Made by a program: the position numbers and the translations under genes | Shown: piece by piece, positions 1 through 15,354 of the stretch | Layout: each line of letters starts with the position of its first letter | Numbering within the stretch: the stretch's first letter is position 1 | The notes under the pieces: model-generated | What the model saw: the letters and a program-made list of their open reading frames with translations, nothing else | Told to the model about the DNA's origin: nothing | The model's database searches: none | Assembly (NCBI GenBank): GCA_017654855.1 | Contig: CM030335.1 | Span: forward strand, 2,790,001-2,854,000 | Source: Podospora anserina | Taxonomy: Eukaryota | Direction: 5' to 3' | Length of the DNA stretch: 64,000 nt

Positions 1-455
1 TTTTGGGCTTCAGAGGATTGTGGGGTACTGCCTGGTCGAAGGGCTAGAAGTCATGAGTCCCTTACCTATATCCGGGCATGTAGGTTGAGGTAGGCAGGGG
101 TGTAATGGTCTGATGTACCCTAGCTTGCAACCTTTTGGAACAAAAACGTGTAGTATTTGTGAGTGAAATATCTTTCATGAATATTTATCTTCTGATGCCG
201 TAGACACACTACACACTCATAGCCATCATAATCCCAAAGCTAGCTCTAAAAAGCGCTTCCTGGCTTTCTATGCCCTCATACCCCAGCCCCTATATTAACA
301 AATAAAGAAAATGTATATATCTGAAAAAGAAAAAAGAAAACCAAAACGTGATGGTATCTGGCTGTAGCACAATATAACAACAATTGAAAAGAAATCCCCC
401 CTGCCCATATGTCCAATAACTCCCCACCTTCATCTACCCCACCTCTTTAACCTCT

Positions 456-3400
456 CTAAGAACACCATATCTTCGGCCACCTCCACTCCCCCCCCTGCCA
501 CCACTTCTTCACCTTCTTATTCTCATACCCCTCCTCCCTAACATTATGCCTCCCCACCACCGTCAAGAAAACCTGATCCAGCGTCGTGGGGCTGACACTG
601 TAGTGCTCCACCCCCAACAGATCCCTATTCTCCTCCAGCAACACCACCAGCCTCCCCACGGCCGAGTTCTGACTCAGATCCCCTCCGGTCCTGGGGTCCT
701 TCTCCCCGGACACAACCGCCGAGGCGGGAACCTTGAACCTCATCTGTCCGTGGTACGTCTTCTCTTCCACCTCCGCCCCCTCGCCAAACTGCTCGGCGAC
801 CCATTGTCTAATCTTCAGAATCTGAGACTCAGGCGTGTGAGGCGCCCCCTTGCAGACAAGGTGCACATGGATGAGATCCCCAAACTTGTTCCGGAGATGT
901 TCAATGCTTCCCATGGCGAGCATCCTCTTGGCGAGGATCCCCGCCCTCCCGGCTAGAGCGTCCGCTTCCTCCATCGAGTGGGTCGTCAACAAAATCGAAC
1001 GGCCCGGGACGGTGGCAGCAAGGGTGCGCCACATGATTCTCTTCGCGGCGGCGTCAAGACCGGAGGAGGGCTCATCGAGGAGGATGACAGAGGGGTTACC
1101 CATGAGAGCAATACCAAGAGACAGCTTGCGCTTGTTACCACCTGACAAAGCGTGGGCTTGGCGGTCGCGGAAGAGTTGCAGGCCTACTGCGTCGATGACG
1201 GCAGAGACTTGAGCGTCGATGTCGCTGATGCCACGGACGCGAGCGTAGAAGCGGAGGTGCTCGGCTACCGTCATTTGGTCGATGGCGTCGAATTGAGGGC
1301 AGACGCCGAGGTGGCGGCGGGCGACGGAGAGTTGCTGCGTTACCGAGGCGTCTTCGACAAAGACGTCGCCGCCGGAAGCACCGCCGGAGGGTTTGATGTC
1401 ACCGCGGATGACGGAGATGGTGGTGGATTTACCTGCTCCGTTGGGGCCAAGGAGAGCAAAGACTTCGCCGTGGGGGACACCGAAGGTGACATTGTCGACC
1501 GCAGTGTTGGAGCCGAAGGACTTGGTGAGGTTGATGACGCGGAGGCCGTCGGTGATCTTGGTGTTACCACCGGTGGCCGAGGACTTGACACGGACGAGTT
1601 CGTTGGCGACTTCTTCATCCGACATGGCGGCTGCTTCATCGGGGTTGGCGGCCTTGGGCTTGGAACGGAAGAGGAGTTTGCGGAGGCTGAACCCAGCGCT
1701 GCCACCGTCTGCCCAGACGAGGATGAGGAAGAGGACAATAATCTGGATGACGAGGTAGAGGATAGGACCGCCGTATTGAAGGATACCGCCGGGGTAAGAG
1801 GCCAGGGCATCACCATCGCAGGCTGTAGAGAACAGGTTCATGGCGAGGAACAGCGCACGAGTGAGCGATATGATCGGTGCCAACACTGCCAGAGCAAAGT
1901 GGACAATGATCAACAGCTTGTCGACCTGTTGAACCGGTGCATAAGTGATAACCGACATGTAACCAAACAGGTAGACAATGAACATCACGAGCTGGCCAGC
2001 GGCGGTAAAGGCGTAGGCTGACAGCTGGTTGGCGCTGAAGAGCGAGATATTGTATGCCAACAGAGTCGAAGCCAGACCATACAGAACGAAGATCAGGAAC
2101 ACATAGCCAAGGTGATACCAAAGGCTATTGGCGAGAGCTGCCCACAAGATGATGCTCAGGACGGCGCCAGCGATGACGATGATAAAGTCGAAACCGGTGT
2201 AGGCGAGCCACAAGGGAAGAGGTCTAACACCGTTGGAGTACTGAAGGCCGCGGACGTTTCTTCGTCTCTCAAGATTCGGATAAAGGGCAAAGAAGCCAGG
2301 GTAGGCGCACAAAGCCAAGCCGACATACACCAAGACCTGAAGAGAGTTTCCGGTGCTGGGAGTGAAAGGGCGGTCGAAGACGGTGTAGGAAGAGGCAATG
2401 CTCGAGTTGGTCAGCAGCATGTTCATGACCCATTGGCCAAACCAGGCGTTGATCACCTCAGGACCGTTACCCTTGTACGCGAGAGTTGGAGGAGTGTTGT
2501 CGTCACCAAGCCAGATAGCGGTAGGGGTGATATTCTTGCGGAACTGAAGCACCGCATTGTTGAACTCATCAAGAGTGTCAACCAAGGTAATGTTGTTGAA
2601 AAGATCCATCGGGTTGTTTTGTCTCTTGACAATGATACCATCGCTGCTTCCAGTGCTGCCATTACCTTCCAAGCCCTGTGACGCCATAAAGATTGGGGCC
2701 AACAGATTGATCAACGTAGACTGCGAGAACTTGTCCGAAGGCCCAGCAACCATCCAAAAGTCAAAGTCACTGCCAAAGATATTCACAGCCTCCTGGCGAG
2801 ACGACAGCTCGTCCGCGCTGCACCCAGCAGGCTCTTGACCCTTCACAAACAACATAACCAACCCAGCCGCAGCAACCGGAATGATAAAAGCAGCAATCGA
2901 AGGGAACCAATTCCCTTTGAAAACCGTGCACCTCTTCAAAAACAACACCCAAGTCTGCTTCAAGAACCCAATCGGCTTCCCATCCATCAACTCCAGCCCG
3001 TTACCCTTCACAGGTGTCTTGACATCACCAACCGGCACAGTCTCCGACTTCTCATCCTCCGTCGAGCTCAAGACACCCCTATTCTCAATCGGCACCCCAC
3101 CGCCCTCAGCCTGAACCTCCTCCGCAAGCTGCAAAAACACATCCTCAATCGTGGGCCCAGAAAACCGATAATCCGTAATCCCTGCCGCTTCGAGCTCCTT
3201 GATCGTCTTGGCCGCCAAAGCCGAAGTAGCCGCGACATAAGCCGCCTCTTCCTGGGTGGCCTTCTTGGTAACACCCTCCACCTCCGGAAGCAGCGGGATG
3301 AGCTTGTTGTTGTTGATATGAATCCTGTAGCCGCCACCCTTGCGATCCTTGAGCTCAACCGATGTGCCACTTGCGCGGAGGTTGCCCTTGGACATGACAG

Positions 3401-5432
3401 CAATGTAATCAGCCAGCAAATCAGCTTCATCCAAGAAGTGCGTCGTCAGAATCATGGTGCGCCTTCCACGCTCGGCAAGGAGAATATCCCATATTTTCCT
3501 GCGAGACAGAGGGTCCAAACCGGAAGAGACTTCATCCACGCAGCAGACGGCGCTGCCACCAGTAAGCATCATTCCGAGTTGCAACTTGCGTTTCTGACCA
3601 CCGGACAGAGTTTTTGACTGGGCCTTGATCTTTTGTTCGAGATCGACTCCGATGACAAGCTGGCGAATTTCTTCCTTGGAGGCGTGGTTCTTGGGCGACT
3701 TGAGCCGGTTGAAGATGCGGATGTGTTCCTCGACAGTGAGCTCATCCCAGAGCACGTTCTTCTGAGGAGCGATACCGAGACCGCCGGTGCCGTCAATGGT
3801 GATCTTTCCGCTGGTGGCCTTGTTGATACCAGCGATGGTGTCGAGGGTCGTAGACTTGCCACTGCCGTTGGCGCCGAGAAGGGCGACGATCTGGCCGCGA
3901 CTGACCGAGAGGGAGAGCTTGTTGACTGCGACGACTGGCGGCTTGGGCTTGGAGATGAATGAGAACAGGCGTCGCAGAGGGCCGGGGTTGTAGACCTTGG
4001 TGAACTCTTCCAGCTGAACCGCGCAGTCGGGACCGAGATCGCCCCTGTTCTTGTCTCCAATGACGATGTTCCTCCCACTCGAAGAGGTACCATGAAGCCA
4101 TCTTTCCACCATGGCGCCCAGAAAAGGGTAAACGATGATCTGAACCGCGAGAAAGATAAACAGCACAATGCCGGGAACATTCCAGGGACTATCGGGCGCC
4201 GTCTTCAACAAATCCGTCGAAATCTGCTTCTCCTGAAACCTCGCCATCAGCGTGATGAAGTAAGTAAAGTTGCAAGGCGCAAACAGCAAGCTCAAGGCAA
4301 CCACCGGCCCCGTCCCCGGCCTGGTGATAACCTGAGCAATAACTGCCAGCAAAATCGCCATAATCGTCACCGACACTCCGCTCAACTGCGACTTCTTGAA
4401 GAAACTCGCCCCCAGCACCGAAAACGACGCCAGTGCCAACCCCGACAGGATGAAGAAGAACAACACAACCAAAATGCTCGTGTTGCTAAACACCCCCCTC
4501 CCTAAAATGATACAACTGATGACCCACCCCGGCAAATACAGCAGCGAAAACGCAATATGGTACGAGAAGATCCTCGCCGCCTGCGCCTGCCACCTTCTGG
4601 GGGTAGCCATCATCGCCTCCACAAGCGTACTCATCCCCGTCTCCCTCTCCGTCGCAATAAAACCCGTCATCTGATACACCACCCCGATCAACGCAGCAAT
4701 AAACGTCACCCCCAAAAAGTTGATAATCGCGCTCTGGTAAAACACCCTAATCCTCTCCGCCCTCTCCTCCGTCGTCTGGCTGGTAAACTGATACTCCTCC
4801 ACATCCTCAGGCAGCTCATTCCCCCGACCAGAGTTCCCCCTAGAAATAACCTCATCCACCGCCCGCTGAAGCGGCAGCATGTAAATCTGCCCATCATTCC
4901 TATCACTCTCAGCATTGATCCTAAATTGCCCCAGCGCACTGTCAAGACTGATGGTGTAATTCCACAGCCCGTTCCCATCCCCCTCCTCCGGACTCCCCTT
5001 GAAGCTCACAGCCGCGAAACACTCCGTCACGCCCCTCAAACTGCTCCGGCATATCCCGTCGACATCTTCGTCCCTCTCCAAAATGGTAACATTCTTCCCC
5101 GCTCGTTCAGCAACCCCAGCCAGCTCATCAATCACACGCTCGATTTCTCCCCCCGTGTAGCCGTTATTAACAAAAATAACATTCGGCCTCCCCGTCGAGG
5201 CCTCGAGAGCATTCTGGAAAGATCGGATCGGGCGCGCAGGGGAGATGCCAAAGACTGCGCTGGGGACGAACAAATTCCGTGCGAACGAGAGGAAGGACAC
5301 CAAAATGATGGGGAGAACAAACGCTTGGACGACGGTAGCCAACGGGTGGCGGCCGAGGAGGATGAGCCAGTTTTTGCGGGTGAGGGTCCAGGTTTGGCGG
5401 AGGAGCGCCATTGCGGCGGCGGCGATGGACAC
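456..5432 (-). CDS. ABCA-family full-size ABC transporter (TMD-NBD)x2, apparently intronless
   Basis: 1658-aa ORF. Two Walker A motifs (GANGSGKS, GPNGAGKS), signatures LSGGQKRKL and LSGGNKRKL, Walker B (CCVDE, ILLDEPSSGLD) and TTH(F/S) H-loops. ABCA-typical ERETG motif and two multi-TM blocks. Confidence 0.95.
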   Translation of the reverse strand: MSIAAAAMALLRQTWTLTRKNWLILLGRHPLATVVQAFVLPIILVSFLSFARNLFVPSAVFGISPARPIRSFQNALEASTGRPNVIFVNNGYTGGEIERVIDELAGVAERAGKNVTILERDEDVDGICRSSLRGVTECFAAVSFKGSPEEGDGNGLWNYTISLDSALGQFRINAESDRNDGQIYMLPLQRAVDEVISRGNSGRGNELPEDVEEYQFTSQTTEERAERIRVFYQSAIINFLGVTFIAALIGVVYQMTGFIATERETGMSTLVEAMMATPRRWQAQAARIFSYHIAFSLLYLPGWVISCIILGRGVFSNTSILVVLFFFILSGLALASFSVLGASFFKKSQLSGVSVTIMAILLAVIAQVITRPGTGPVVALSLLFAPCNFTYFITLMARFQEKQISTDLLKTAPDSPWNVPGIVLFIFLAVQIIVYPFLGAMVERWLHGTSSSGRNIVIGDKNRGDLGPDCAVQLEEFTKVYNPGPLRRLFSFISKPKPPVVAVNKLSLSVSRGQIVALLGANGSGKSTTLDTIAGINKATSGKITIDGTGGLGIAPQKNVLWDELTVEEHIRIFNRLKSPKNHASKEEIRQLVIGVDLEQKIKAQSKTLSGGQKRKLQLGMMLTGGSAVCCVDEVSSGLDPLSRRKIWDILLAERGRRTMILTTHFLDEADLLADYIAVMSKGNLRASGTSVELKDRKGGGYRIHINNNKLIPLLPEVEGVTKKATQEEAAYVAATSALAAKTIKELEAAGITDYRFSGPTIEDVFLQLAEEVQAEGGGVPIENRGVLSSTEDEKSETVPVGDVKTPVKGNGLELMDGKPIGFLKQTWVLFLKRCTVFKGNWFPSIAAFIIPVAAAGLVMLFVKGQEPAGCSADELSSRQEAVNIFGSDFDFWMVAGPSDKFSQSTLINLLAPIFMASQGLEGNGSTGSSDGIIVKRQNNPMDLFNNITLVDTLDEFNNAVLQFRKNITPTAIWLGDDNTPPTLAYKGNGPEVINAWFGQWVMNMLLTNSSIASSYTVFDRPFTPSTGNSLQVLVYVGLALCAYPGFFALYPNLERRRNVRGLQYSNGVRPLPLWLAYTGFDFIIVIAGAVLSIILWAALANSLWYHLGYVFLIFVLYGLASTLLAYNISLFSANQLSAYAFTAAGQLVMFIVYLFGYMSVITYAPVQQVDKLLIIVHFALAVLAPIISLTRALFLAMNLFSTACDGDALASYPGGILQYGGPILYLVIQIIVLFLILVWADGGSAGFSLRKLLFRSKPKAANPDEAAAMSDEEVANELVRVKSSATGGNTKITDGLRVINLTKSFGSNTAVDNVTFGVPHGEVFALLGPNGAGKSTTISVIRGDIKPSGGASGGDVFVEDASVTQQLSVARRHLGVCPQFDAIDQMTVAEHLRFYARVRGISDIDAQVSAVIDAVGLQLFRDRQAHALSGGNKRKLSLGIALMGNPSVILLDEPSSGLDAAAKRIMWRTLAATVPGRSILLTTHSMEEADALAGRAGILAKRMLAMGSIEHLRNKFGDLIHVHLVCKGAPHTPESQILKIRQWVAEQFGEGAEVEEKTYHGQMRFKVPASAVVSGEKDPRTGGDLSQNSAVGRLVVLLEENRDLLGVEHYSVSPTTLDQVFLTVVGRHNVREEGYENKKVKKWWQGGEWRWPKIWCS

Positions 5433-6566
5433 GCCCTCTAAAAAGAGAGGAACTTGTGTTCAACGGTCGGCCGGTTCGGTCGGTGATTGTCGTGAACCGT
5501 TTACTACTGTCGAACTGTCTCGGCTTGCGCCGCGCGCTACAGCATGCACACGTCCCGGGAGTCTGGTCGCGCGTTAAACTCAATTGAAGAATTGCGCGCG
5601 CGGGGAAAAGTGAAACGTTGACTTGACAATCCCGCCGGTTCTGTCTATCAAAACTGTCACCTGAAGAAAACAAATAAAAGAACGTCGATCTCGATCAAAT
5701 TAATAGAACGAAAGAGATAAAAATTCCAATAACAAGCCTCGGCGCATCGCCCACCCTTTAACAAAGAAGGGGGGGGGAGGGGGGCGTCATCTCGAATATG
5801 TACGAGCGGAATACGCAAGCAAACACCTTTTGAATCCGAACCCGACTGACGTCCCATTCCCACCCCTGAAAGCTGGAAGCCTTGTGAACCAATTGGGGCT
5901 TAGACTCCTTGGCTGGCACCTTGCGAGCCACGCTTAACAGCCTTGGCTGAACCCCACGTTTTTTAATTCTCTCTCCCGATCGGGATTTGGAAAGATCTCT
6001 CGGTGACATTGATTTAACCATAAAACGGCTTTGTTTTGCGTCATCAATAGATTAGACAGTAGAATGCCAGCAGGAAACACTTCATAAGCTGAAATGCCCT
6101 CGACAGCTTCGAAACAGCTTGCTGGAAATGAGTGTTCCTGAAGGGTTATCTCAACCAAGAACTTTCATCGTTACACGATCTCTGTGCGCGCTAAGCCACA
6201 CACCCCGATCGCATCTCCCTCTTTTGTCATCTCCAAGACCCAAGACTTCGACAAGCCCTTGGCCAACAACAACAAACACCGACAATTCCTCCACGTTCGC
6301 TGAGTCTCTGATTCCACATGCACAGCCCATCATCATCTTGATTGGCAAAACTTCAGTCGTCATCTTCACACCACATAATGTTTATATGATCATTAGGTAA
6401 TCAAACAGTCCTTTTGCAGTGCCTCAGCTCAACATTGCGTTGTCCTGTTCACTACATACCTAGTACACTTCTTCTTTTTTTTCACCGAGAAATATCTAGA
6501 AACTGGTGGCTACACAGCTCCGCCAGGCCTTTTTACGTATCTCTGTTGTTTTTTGGTAGTATACGT

Positions 6567-8725
<2,159 letters not shown>

Positions 8726-9264
8726 TTTGAAAGTGGTGCTGTCTCGTACCAGGGACCACTAGATTCAACAACGTTGAAGAAGGGGGGAGGTTTTCTGGTT
8801 CGGGGGTTCAAGTTGCCCGCTGTCGGCCCAGATGCTGGAAATTATCCACAGCGGGGTAATTTTTTTGAAAGCTTTTGGCGGGGTGACTCAATCGCAACCG
8901 TCAGGGTTGTTATCAGTCGAAGTGACTCAGGGGTGACCCTAACCCTGCCCCCTTTGTGGGTTTCACTCTTCTCACCCTTCATGAGGTACTTGTACTGTGC
9001 ACGCTCAAGCATGGGAACAACTGTTGGTTTCTGGCTCCAAATAAGTGCCAAGAAGAGAAATTCTATACGGGTATTAATATGACTAAAGCTAAGAAACAGT
9101 ATCTATAAGACCTTGTGCTGAGGACTGTCCTTGTTTTCCCTTCCAGTGCAATGCGCCCCCCTTCCCGATGATGGTACAAATAAAGATGTCGCCCGCTGTG
9201 CTCTGACTCGAATAATACGAAGCAATGATAGACTGACGCAATGCAAAAATCCTTCAACCAGCTA

Positions 9265-11181
9265 CTAAGGGTCAGCGTCAGCGTCCATATCGGCATCGGT
9301 ATCGGCATCGGCATCGGCATCGACATCGGCGTCGGCATCCACGTCCCCATCCGCGTCAGCATCCGCGTCAGCATCCGCGTCCGCATCAACATCACCGTCT
9401 TCCTCAGCTGTGTTAGCTTCTGAGATTTCCGGCACGTCCTGCCCGCCCATTTCCTCGTCCGAATCTTGCCCGGCACCAACACTGGCCGGCGCCGTGATGA
9501 TGCTGGGTGTACCGACGGCAGTCGAGGGCGAACCGGCTTTAGTGGTAGATGCCGTCGATGGTGCATAATTCGCAACGTTATTGCTTGCTGCCGGAGAAGG
9601 GTGAAGAGACGCCCGGGCGTCGTTATTCGGCACCGAATGTTGTGATTGGTGCCTCTGAGGCTGCAACTGTCGCATACCCTGCCCAGAGCCAGTAGTTGTT
9701 GGCGACACTCCGGCACTCGCAGCTTCCAAGGTGCGCTGCGCTGAGATACCGGCCGCCGCGGACCTAGACGACACGATCACATCCTTCCAGCGATTAATCG
9801 CCCTTGCCACAACCGTGTCGAGATCCGCATGCCTATCGGCCATGTTGAAGCCTACGCCGCCGCCATCCTTCGCTGCGCTGAAACCGAGCTCCAGCATGTG
9901 GTTGACCAGCTTCTCATCCATGTACACTGTTGTCGGCTGCACAATCTTGAACTCTTTAGGTTGCTGTAGCCGGCTCAAGTGTTCGATCTGAGACTTGAGA
10001 TGATTGTTTTCTTGCCTAAGAAGGCTTTGGGTTTGCTTGAGTTTGGCCCCCTCGTCTTGCTTCCGCCCCAAGCCTCTGGCCAGCTCGAGGGTCCACAGCC
10101 TGGCACGCTCAGGCTCTGGAAGTGAGCACCAAACTGAATACGTCGCTGTTATGTGATCGGATATTTGCTGTTCCATCTTGTCGGCTGCCTTTTCAGCCTT
10201 GCGCACTGCTTCTCGAGCATCTGGCTTGACTGGCACTAGGGAGGGAGGATATGTTAGATCTTCGTTCACCGCCGTTGTCGCCGCGGTGCAAGCCAGCTTC
10301 CATCTCCTGAACTCTTCTCCAAAATAATTTCGCAAGGCTTGCAGCTGAACTGGACCGGGTGGTGTTATCGACCACGAAGTGGACGTCGAGTGCTGGGTAG
10401 AAGCAAATAGCGTGGGTGGTTTCTCGAGACACTGCAACGTCAGTGCCGGAAAGTCCAATGCAAGAGGATCAAAGTCAAAAGGTATCGAGTGCATGTCGAT
10501 TTGTTGTCTGTCAAAGAGCGTCAGTATACAAGTCTGTTTGGCACAACGAGAAAGCCTGGCTTACTTTGCAGCCCTCCAAGAACCCATGATTTCCCGCAAT
10601 GCGAGTTCAGCGGCTCTTTTCGTATCCTCGGCATCTTGCAATACGTGTCTGGCGTCCAGTTGTTGCTTCATACGCTGGCGACTGGCTGATCGCTGATGTT
10701 GCCTGAACCCACCCTCGTATGCCGTGGCATCCCGCCCACCAAGGTCGTTGATGACACCCGTGGCTTCCCATGGTGTATTGAACGGATATTTCCTATCAGC
10801 AGTCCCTTTGCCTTTGGTTTGTGATACTGGTGTGATGGATGCAGAATCAACCTCTACCGAAACAGACCCCTGACTCCTTCTCGACGCAGCCGTTGGCGTT
10901 CCGACTGACACTGACGTGTCTCGTCTTCTAACCCCAGGAGCACCGGGGGTTCCGGTCGAAGCTTTGGGACGACGGCGGGTGATATTGGATCGATTCCGTC
11001 TGATTTCTTCCACATCGTGAATCCCATCGGGGGCCTTGGGGTTGTTCTCCTTAATGAATACATCTAGATGGCGGCCGAGCGAAGACGATGTGAAGGCTTG
11101 GTGGCAATAGGTACAGGTCTTGTCCTTGACCGCCTTGGTTGTACCGGTCTCGGCCGACTGGGCCGGGGCTTCGTCGGACAT
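9265..11181 (-). CDS. Conserved fungal hypothetical protein with a C2H2-like zinc finger, a coiled coil and an acidic Asp-Ala repeat tail; two exons
   Basis: ORF 10561-11265 (KDKTCTYCHQAFTSSSLGRHLD) joins ORF 9265-10494 across a GTAAGC intron near 10562-10510. First ATG is at 11181; the exact start is uncertain. Confidence 0.75.
9270..9385 (-). repeat. Coding hexamer repeat (GAYGCN)n encoding (DA)n
   Basis: Reads gcatccgcgtca/gcatcg repeats on the + strand; translates to DADADADAD at the C-terminus. Confidence 0.85.
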
Positions 11182-12882
11182 GGCGGGCTTTTTGCTGACC
11201 TCGGGCAGTTGTCGGTGAGCCGCAGGGACGGGTGGCTGCTCGTACTCGCTCGGCGGAACGGTCACAGACGGTGGGGAGCAACGGGAGCTCTAGAGCAACC
11301 TGGAGAAGGGCGGGCCGTGGCGATCCAAGGGGGGGGGCCCAGGGGGTAAAAGACCCGGAAGCTTCTTTAGTTGGTCAACGTCTGTTGCTCCTTCGGCCGG
11401 ACTGGTGCAGACACAAGACCATTGACGGGTGACGGGTGACGGGTGTTGGGCGACGGGCGTTTGAAGACGGGGTCGGTGTTTTATAACAGTAAACAAAAGA
11501 GATCAGAAAAGAAGAAGCGGCGGGAAGGATCGCAAACGAGGCTTGGGATGTTCGGGGTTTAAAAATGACAGATGGGGAATATTCCGCCTCTTTTTGAGTG
11601 GTGAATGGATCGCCTCGTCTCGCCAGCGAGGAGGCCCAGACACATTTCTTTTTTGGATCCCCTTTCCCGGGTTATTGTACAGTACAGGTAACGCGGCAGG
11701 GGTTAGGACATCGACACCTCAGCAGGAGCCAGAGACAGTCGGTGTTGGCTTGCAGACAGGGAGATGCAGGTTCCATCCAAGACCTGAAGACGGCGGCGGG
11801 CGGAAAAGATGGGTGCGATGTGAAATTTAAAGTTGCATGTGCATGTCGTATCTGCACCCAACTGACATTATCCAGAGGCAGGAACAGCAGCAGCCTTCCT
11901 TCTCCCGATCAGCCAGTTCCAGTCGAGGTTTGATCCATCAAGGTCAATTCTTTTTTTCTCAGGTTGTGCCGGAGGTCGGTGACATCTGGCAGTTCACCCA
12001 AGGTCATTTCCCTCTCGGGACAAGCGCAACAACCGGCAAACGTTGCTGTTTGTTCCGCCGCTTGCTTGGCGCTGATCATCGGCTGGGACTGCAGGGGTGC
12101 CTAGCCGGGACCGGGGTCGTGCCTGTAGGTTGCGCTGTCACGCCTGGGGCAAGCTTCTGGAATTCCCCTGAGATCAATCAATCAACAGGAAGCTTTCCGG
12201 TGACACTTTTACAACACCACTACCTACCTACCTGATGGATGTCCTGGAACTGTACCCGACTGGCTAGTATCACGACTGATGACTATCTTGGTTCCCAATT
12301 GGCATTGACTACTGCTGTACAAAGCTGGAGGCACTCCTCGCCTCATCTTCCATCACAAATTTGGAGATGCTTGTCCGTCCCTCCAACTCTTAATTTGAGC
12401 GTTGCAGTGACTCCACATGACAGCATGGCACATGGCTCCAGTGGGCATCTCGACTCGAAGCCATCCGAATGTTCGTGTTGGTCCCATGTTCTCCGAGGAA
12501 CCTACGTGCGAAGGGGGGGTTATTATGAAGTTCATCAGGTTTGTCTTCATTTCCGTGGCCACAACCCCAAACAGGCGGTATTGAATAGATGATCTTGGCT
12601 TGCCTGTCATCGCTTCTTCAGCTGGAGACCAAGCTCTCCATAAAGCGATTGGTCAATGCGTTCTTAACATCGCCAGATCACCTGACCTCCTGCCATTTTG
12701 CCGTTGGCAAGCCAGCCCCCATTTTTTCCGCAGAAGCCATCACCAACGCTGCATGTTTGCTAGACGAGACTGGAACCGCTGAAACTGCACACCTGCGCCG
12801 TGCTAACCCCCCTGCTGTGAATAGCTTCACATAATCACCCAAACAAACCACCCCTCGTTTTTCGTCTGATTCCAACGTCACA

Positions 12883-14037
12883 ATGCCACCAGGTATGCTT
12901 CCATCCCAGCTGCAAAGCCCCTCGATGCATTTACGGTTGCGCGACGGGGTGGCGCGTCGCGTCGCGTCGTCGCAATCGACCTGTCGCCGCCCGCTTTCTG
13001 AGCTGCATCTTGTCATGTTCTTTGTCGTGCGACCAGCCATGTCTAACCCTCGAATTTAGCAATGAGCGATAGCGAGCCCTCGGATCGAGAGCTCAGCCCC
13101 CCGCCAAAGCGCAGCGGCAAGAAAGCACAGCGCTACTCCGAACCCGTCGACGAAGAGGAGCCCGAGATTGTAAATGGGGATGTTGCTGAGGACGATGAGG
13201 ATACTGAAGAAGAGGATGGAGACGGGGAAGCCGAAGTGTATGGACCCGCCAGAGACGATGATGCGTGGATTGGACAGTCGTTGACAGGGCGAATAGTTAT
13301 GTTGTTGAGAAGATTCTCTCGCACATGATTGGAAAGGTGGGTTGAGCGCAACATGGGATCGCTACTTGGCTTTCATCTGACTGCTTTTAGGGCGGCGAAT
13401 TACTCTATGAGGTCAAATGGGAGGGATACGAAAAGAAGTCGGACCGCACGTGGGAACCGGAGGAAAATTTGACGTAAGGAACTGTGGTTCTATCTTGGGA
13501 CTGCAACAATAGGGCTAACGGGCTTAAACATAGTGAGAACGCCTCCGAGGCTCTCAACGAATACCTGAAGAGCATTGGTGGCAGAGAAGCGCTCCTTAAC
13601 GAAACCCACACCGCCGTCCAGAGCAAGAAGCGCGGCCGCAAGGATTCGTCAACCCCGCAAGCATCTACCACCAGCAAACGATCCAAGAGAAATGGCAGCC
13701 ATCCTGCAGACTCCGAGCCCCCAGCCAGCGCTAAGCAAGCGGTCTGGAAGCCACCAGCAGGAAGCTGGGAAGATCATATTGCGCACCTTGACGCATGCGA
13801 GGACGAGGAGACCCACAAGCTCATGGTGTACCTAACATGGAAGAACGGGCACAGGACTCAACACGAGACTAGCGTCATCTACTCGAGATGCCCTCAAAAA
13901 GTAGGTTCTAGAGCCCCCCACATGGCCGTATTGAAGTGCTGACGTTTTCCGTCTAGATGCTGCAGTTTTACGAGCGTCATGTACGCATCATCAAGAGGGA
14001 AGAGACACCGGTCGACTCACCCCCTGCCAACTCCTGA
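12883..14037 (+). CDS. HP1: Heterochromatin protein 1 (Swi6/HP1): chromodomain plus chromoshadow domain; 6 exons
   Basis: Spliced model: MPP|AMSDSE...EV|YVVEKILSHMIGK|GGELLYEVKWEGYEKKSDRTWEPEENL|ENASE...PPAGSWEDHI...VYLTWKNG...RCPQK|MLQFYERHVRII. All introns are GT-AG, with branch-like sites. Confidence 0.93.
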
Positions 14038-14721
14038 GTCCTTTGTGTTTTGACTCTTCACTGTAAACCATGTTGTAACAGCACTCTTGTCGAATTTGTT
14101 TTTTTATTCTCCAAGGCTCTGACAGGCCAGGACAGGCGTTCAGGGGGTCTTTTCGAGCAGAGGGATGGCGCAGATGATTGCCAGGGGGACATTTTGTTTA
14201 GCTGACGATTGCGGAATTTGATACTTTGTGTGTTTAGTACTTTTGAGATATTGACATCGGACGGAGCTGCCCTCGCAAATCAACACACATTTTCAGTCAA
14301 TGGCACACAGTTGGAAGTTGGCGCTGCTATCATTCTGGCTACTCGCTCTTCTCTAGGTAGATATTCCGTCATAGAAAACATATTGACTGCACCCAAAGCA
14401 TGCTCGCTGTAATCAAACCCAATTAGAATCGGACTGACTCCTCCATCCTCGGTTTGTGTATATTTTGGTCCAACCCCTGTTCGTCTGTCACGGCACTCTT
14501 AGAGCTCAGGCTTATATAATCAATCATTCAACCGTCCACCGGAGAACCGCCACCAGCAACACCGTCATCCTCAGCTGTCTAGCTCCTGCCCTTTGTCACC
14601 TACGTTGGTGTTATGCGAGATGAACACATTGTATTAGAGCTCCCACATTTGCCAACCTATTAACTCGCCATCGCTGTCTCACCTTACCCAACTTACCCCA
14701 TTTCCCACCCTTTCAATCACC

Positions 14722-15354
14722 ATGCCAACCCGCGGCCCCGTCCCCGTCTCTCTAGTCCCCTCCTCCCAAGCAGAAACCCTCAAAGTCGGCCCCCTGACTG
14801 TTAGAGTTTTTGAAGACGGGTCAAACACCCAGAACAGAGTCTCAGCCGTGACCATCACCCTCCCCCCGGGAACGTCAGGGCCGCCAATGCACTGGCATCG
14901 GTTTCACGACGAGCTCTTCTTCGTCACCAAGGGCACAATCGTCTTTTCTACCCCGGAAGGGGACGTCGTCGCCAAAACGGGCGACTGCATGACTGTGCCC
15001 CCGGGTGCGATCCACACGTTCAGGAATGGGAGTGAGAGCGAGGAAGGGGAGTGCTACATGACGGCTACGCCGGGGCATTATGTTGATTGTAAGCTCACCT
15101 GAACTTCCCACCTGGGTTTTCTTGCCTTGCCTAGAGGGAAAAAGGATGCTAACAGGTGGTGGTGACAGATTTCAGAATGTTGTCCAAGGCTACTGCTGGG
15201 TTGGTGGGGGGGAAGTTGGGCAAGGAGGAGACGGAGCATTTGGTGAGTTCCCTTACTCTTGATGATTACCTCATATGTGATGGGGGTGGTTGGCTGATGA
15301 TGGCAGATGGCACTGTTTGGAACTTTCCCGCCTGGTGTTGAGAGTGAGCCTTGA
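14722..15354 (+). CDS. Cupin (RmlC-like) domain protein; 3 exons
   Basis: Cupin motif 1 GPPMHWHRFHDELFFVTKG and motif 2 GDCMTVPPGAIHTFRN. Introns GTAAGC (~15089) and GTGAGT (~15243); last exon MALFGTFPPGVESEP*. Confidence 0.85.
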